Origin: Selaginella moellendorffii
Lineage: Eukaryota > Plantae > Lycopodiophyta
NCBI RefSeq assembly: GCF_000143415.4
Contig: NW_003314263.1
Span: forward strand, 994,165-1,058,164
Length of the DNA: 64,000 nt
Direction of reading: 5' to 3'
Numbering within the stretch: position 1 is the stretch's first letter; every line of letters begins with the position of its first letter. Positions 62,993-64,000 of this stretch are shown piece after piece. The notes beneath the pieces are model-generated. The model did not search any database. It had not been told where the DNA came from and was given only the letters and a program-made list of their open reading frames with translations. The translations under genes were made by a program, and so were the position numbers.

Positions 62993-63913
62993 ATGAAATA
63001 TATATATATTGTTATAGTTCTTTACTCATATATTTATGTAGCTTATTCTCAGAAGGAGTTTCATTATGATAATTATGGAAATAATGGAGCAATGCCAAAG
63101 CAAATAAATATGGATATGATAATTACTTCTTTTTTTCATTTCATAACTGAATCATTACCTTTAGGTGGAACTACACCAGAGCATTCTACATTTCATACAT
63201 TCATTATTGGAGAGATTGTAGAAGGTACAACATTAACAATAGATATATTATTTGTTATTCTATCTGCTAGTATAAATTGTCCATTAAACAATAATGGTAT
63301 TCGTCAGATTAACAATGATAATACTAGAGATGTACTGTTAAGAGTTGCTAGACAAACTTATGCTTCTATCCGAAATGCAAGAGCATCATATTTTATGAGT
63401 ATTATTGTTCAACATGATATTGGTATTTTTTTAATATTATATCAAATCCGTGGATATACTATTAGAATAAATCCTCGCTATAATATTAATGCACTTTCAA
63501 TTCCATATAAATTTTGTAATTTCTTACAAAATAGATTATTTAGTGGATATAAAGGTTTGTTTATTGCCACACTTAATGCTGGTGAATTTCTAGTACATCT
63601 TTATAAAGCATATGTGTTTTTAGTACAACAAGATTGTAACAGTGTTTTATATTACAAAAATATAGTTTTATGGAATACTAAAACATATGGAGAAAGTTTT
63701 GATTGTAAATTCAGATTGCAAGAAGATGGAAATTTTGTTTTATATTCAGCATTTGATTTGAAACCATTATATGCAACTGGAACTTATTGTAAGAAATTTA
63801 ATTGTGTAAGCCCATCAATGCTTATTCTACAATTAGATTGTAATGTAATTTTATATGAAGATGATAAACCTTCTATTCAAATGTGGTCAAGTAAAACAAT
63901 ATGTTATAAATAA
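62993..63913 (+). CDS. secreted protein with unknown N-terminal domain and C-terminal bulb-type (GNA/B-lectin) mannose-binding domain
   Basis: signal-peptide-like N-terminus; three QxDxNxVxY-type motifs (QQDCNSVLY, QEDGNFVLY, QLDCNVILY). Confidence 0.75.
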   Translation: MKYIYIVIVLYSYIYVAYSQKEFHYDNYGNNGAMPKQINMDMIITSFFHFITESLPLGGTTPEHSTFHTFIIGEIVEGTTLTIDILFVILSASINCPLNNNGIRQINNDNTRDVLLRVARQTYASIRNARASYFMSIIVQHDIGIFLILYQIRGYTIRINPRYNINALSIPYKFCNFLQNRLFSGYKGLFIATLNAGEFLVHLYKAYVFLVQQDCNSVLYYKNIVLWNTKTYGESFDCKFRLQEDGNFVLYSAFDLKPLYATGTYCKKFNCVSPSMLILQLDCNVILYEDDKPSIQMWSSKTICYK

Positions 63914-64000
63914 TAAGTTTAAATGTAATCATAAAGTTAAAATTATTGAGACTTATTTTCCAATATATAGTGTTTTATTTTCTATTATTACTCAAAGATA

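Overview
Land-plant nuclear DNA (TTTAGGG repeats; spliceosomal introns mostly 49-60 nt, suggesting a compact-intron lineage such as Selaginella - inference) that is almost entirely a nest of transposons, with one probable host gene (secreted bulb-type lectin fusion, 62993-63913). Contents: (i) a 13.3-kb Sola1-like DDD transposon (2998-16308, 24-bp TIRs), a truncated second copy and a 288-bp MITE of the same family (4-bp TSD); (ii) a full-length but mutated chromodomain Ty3/gypsy element (21405-29107, 5-bp TSD) plus solo and partial LTRs; (iii) three copies of a multi-gene MULE-like family with imperfect ends and 8-bp TSDs, one of which (42928-55589) has open reading frames in every gene I could model and sits inverted inside the transposase of another (39623-61606). 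Main result: the two unrelated DNA-transposon superfamilies share a cargo layout. Each has a transposase head-to-head with a large spliced gene encoding a ParB/Srx-like domain plus a beta-class amino-methyltransferase-like domain, telomere-type repeats between the two genes, and a homologous ~80-90 aa 'SPYYTPG' micro-protein. The MULE-like element also carries three small proteins resembling the SGS3 zf-XS zinc finger. The Sola-like element carries about 25 copies of a 22-bp palindrome, many in introns. Together these suggest a transposon-borne chromatin/anti-silencing system (hypothesis). Domain calls come from motif recognition by eye, not database searches.
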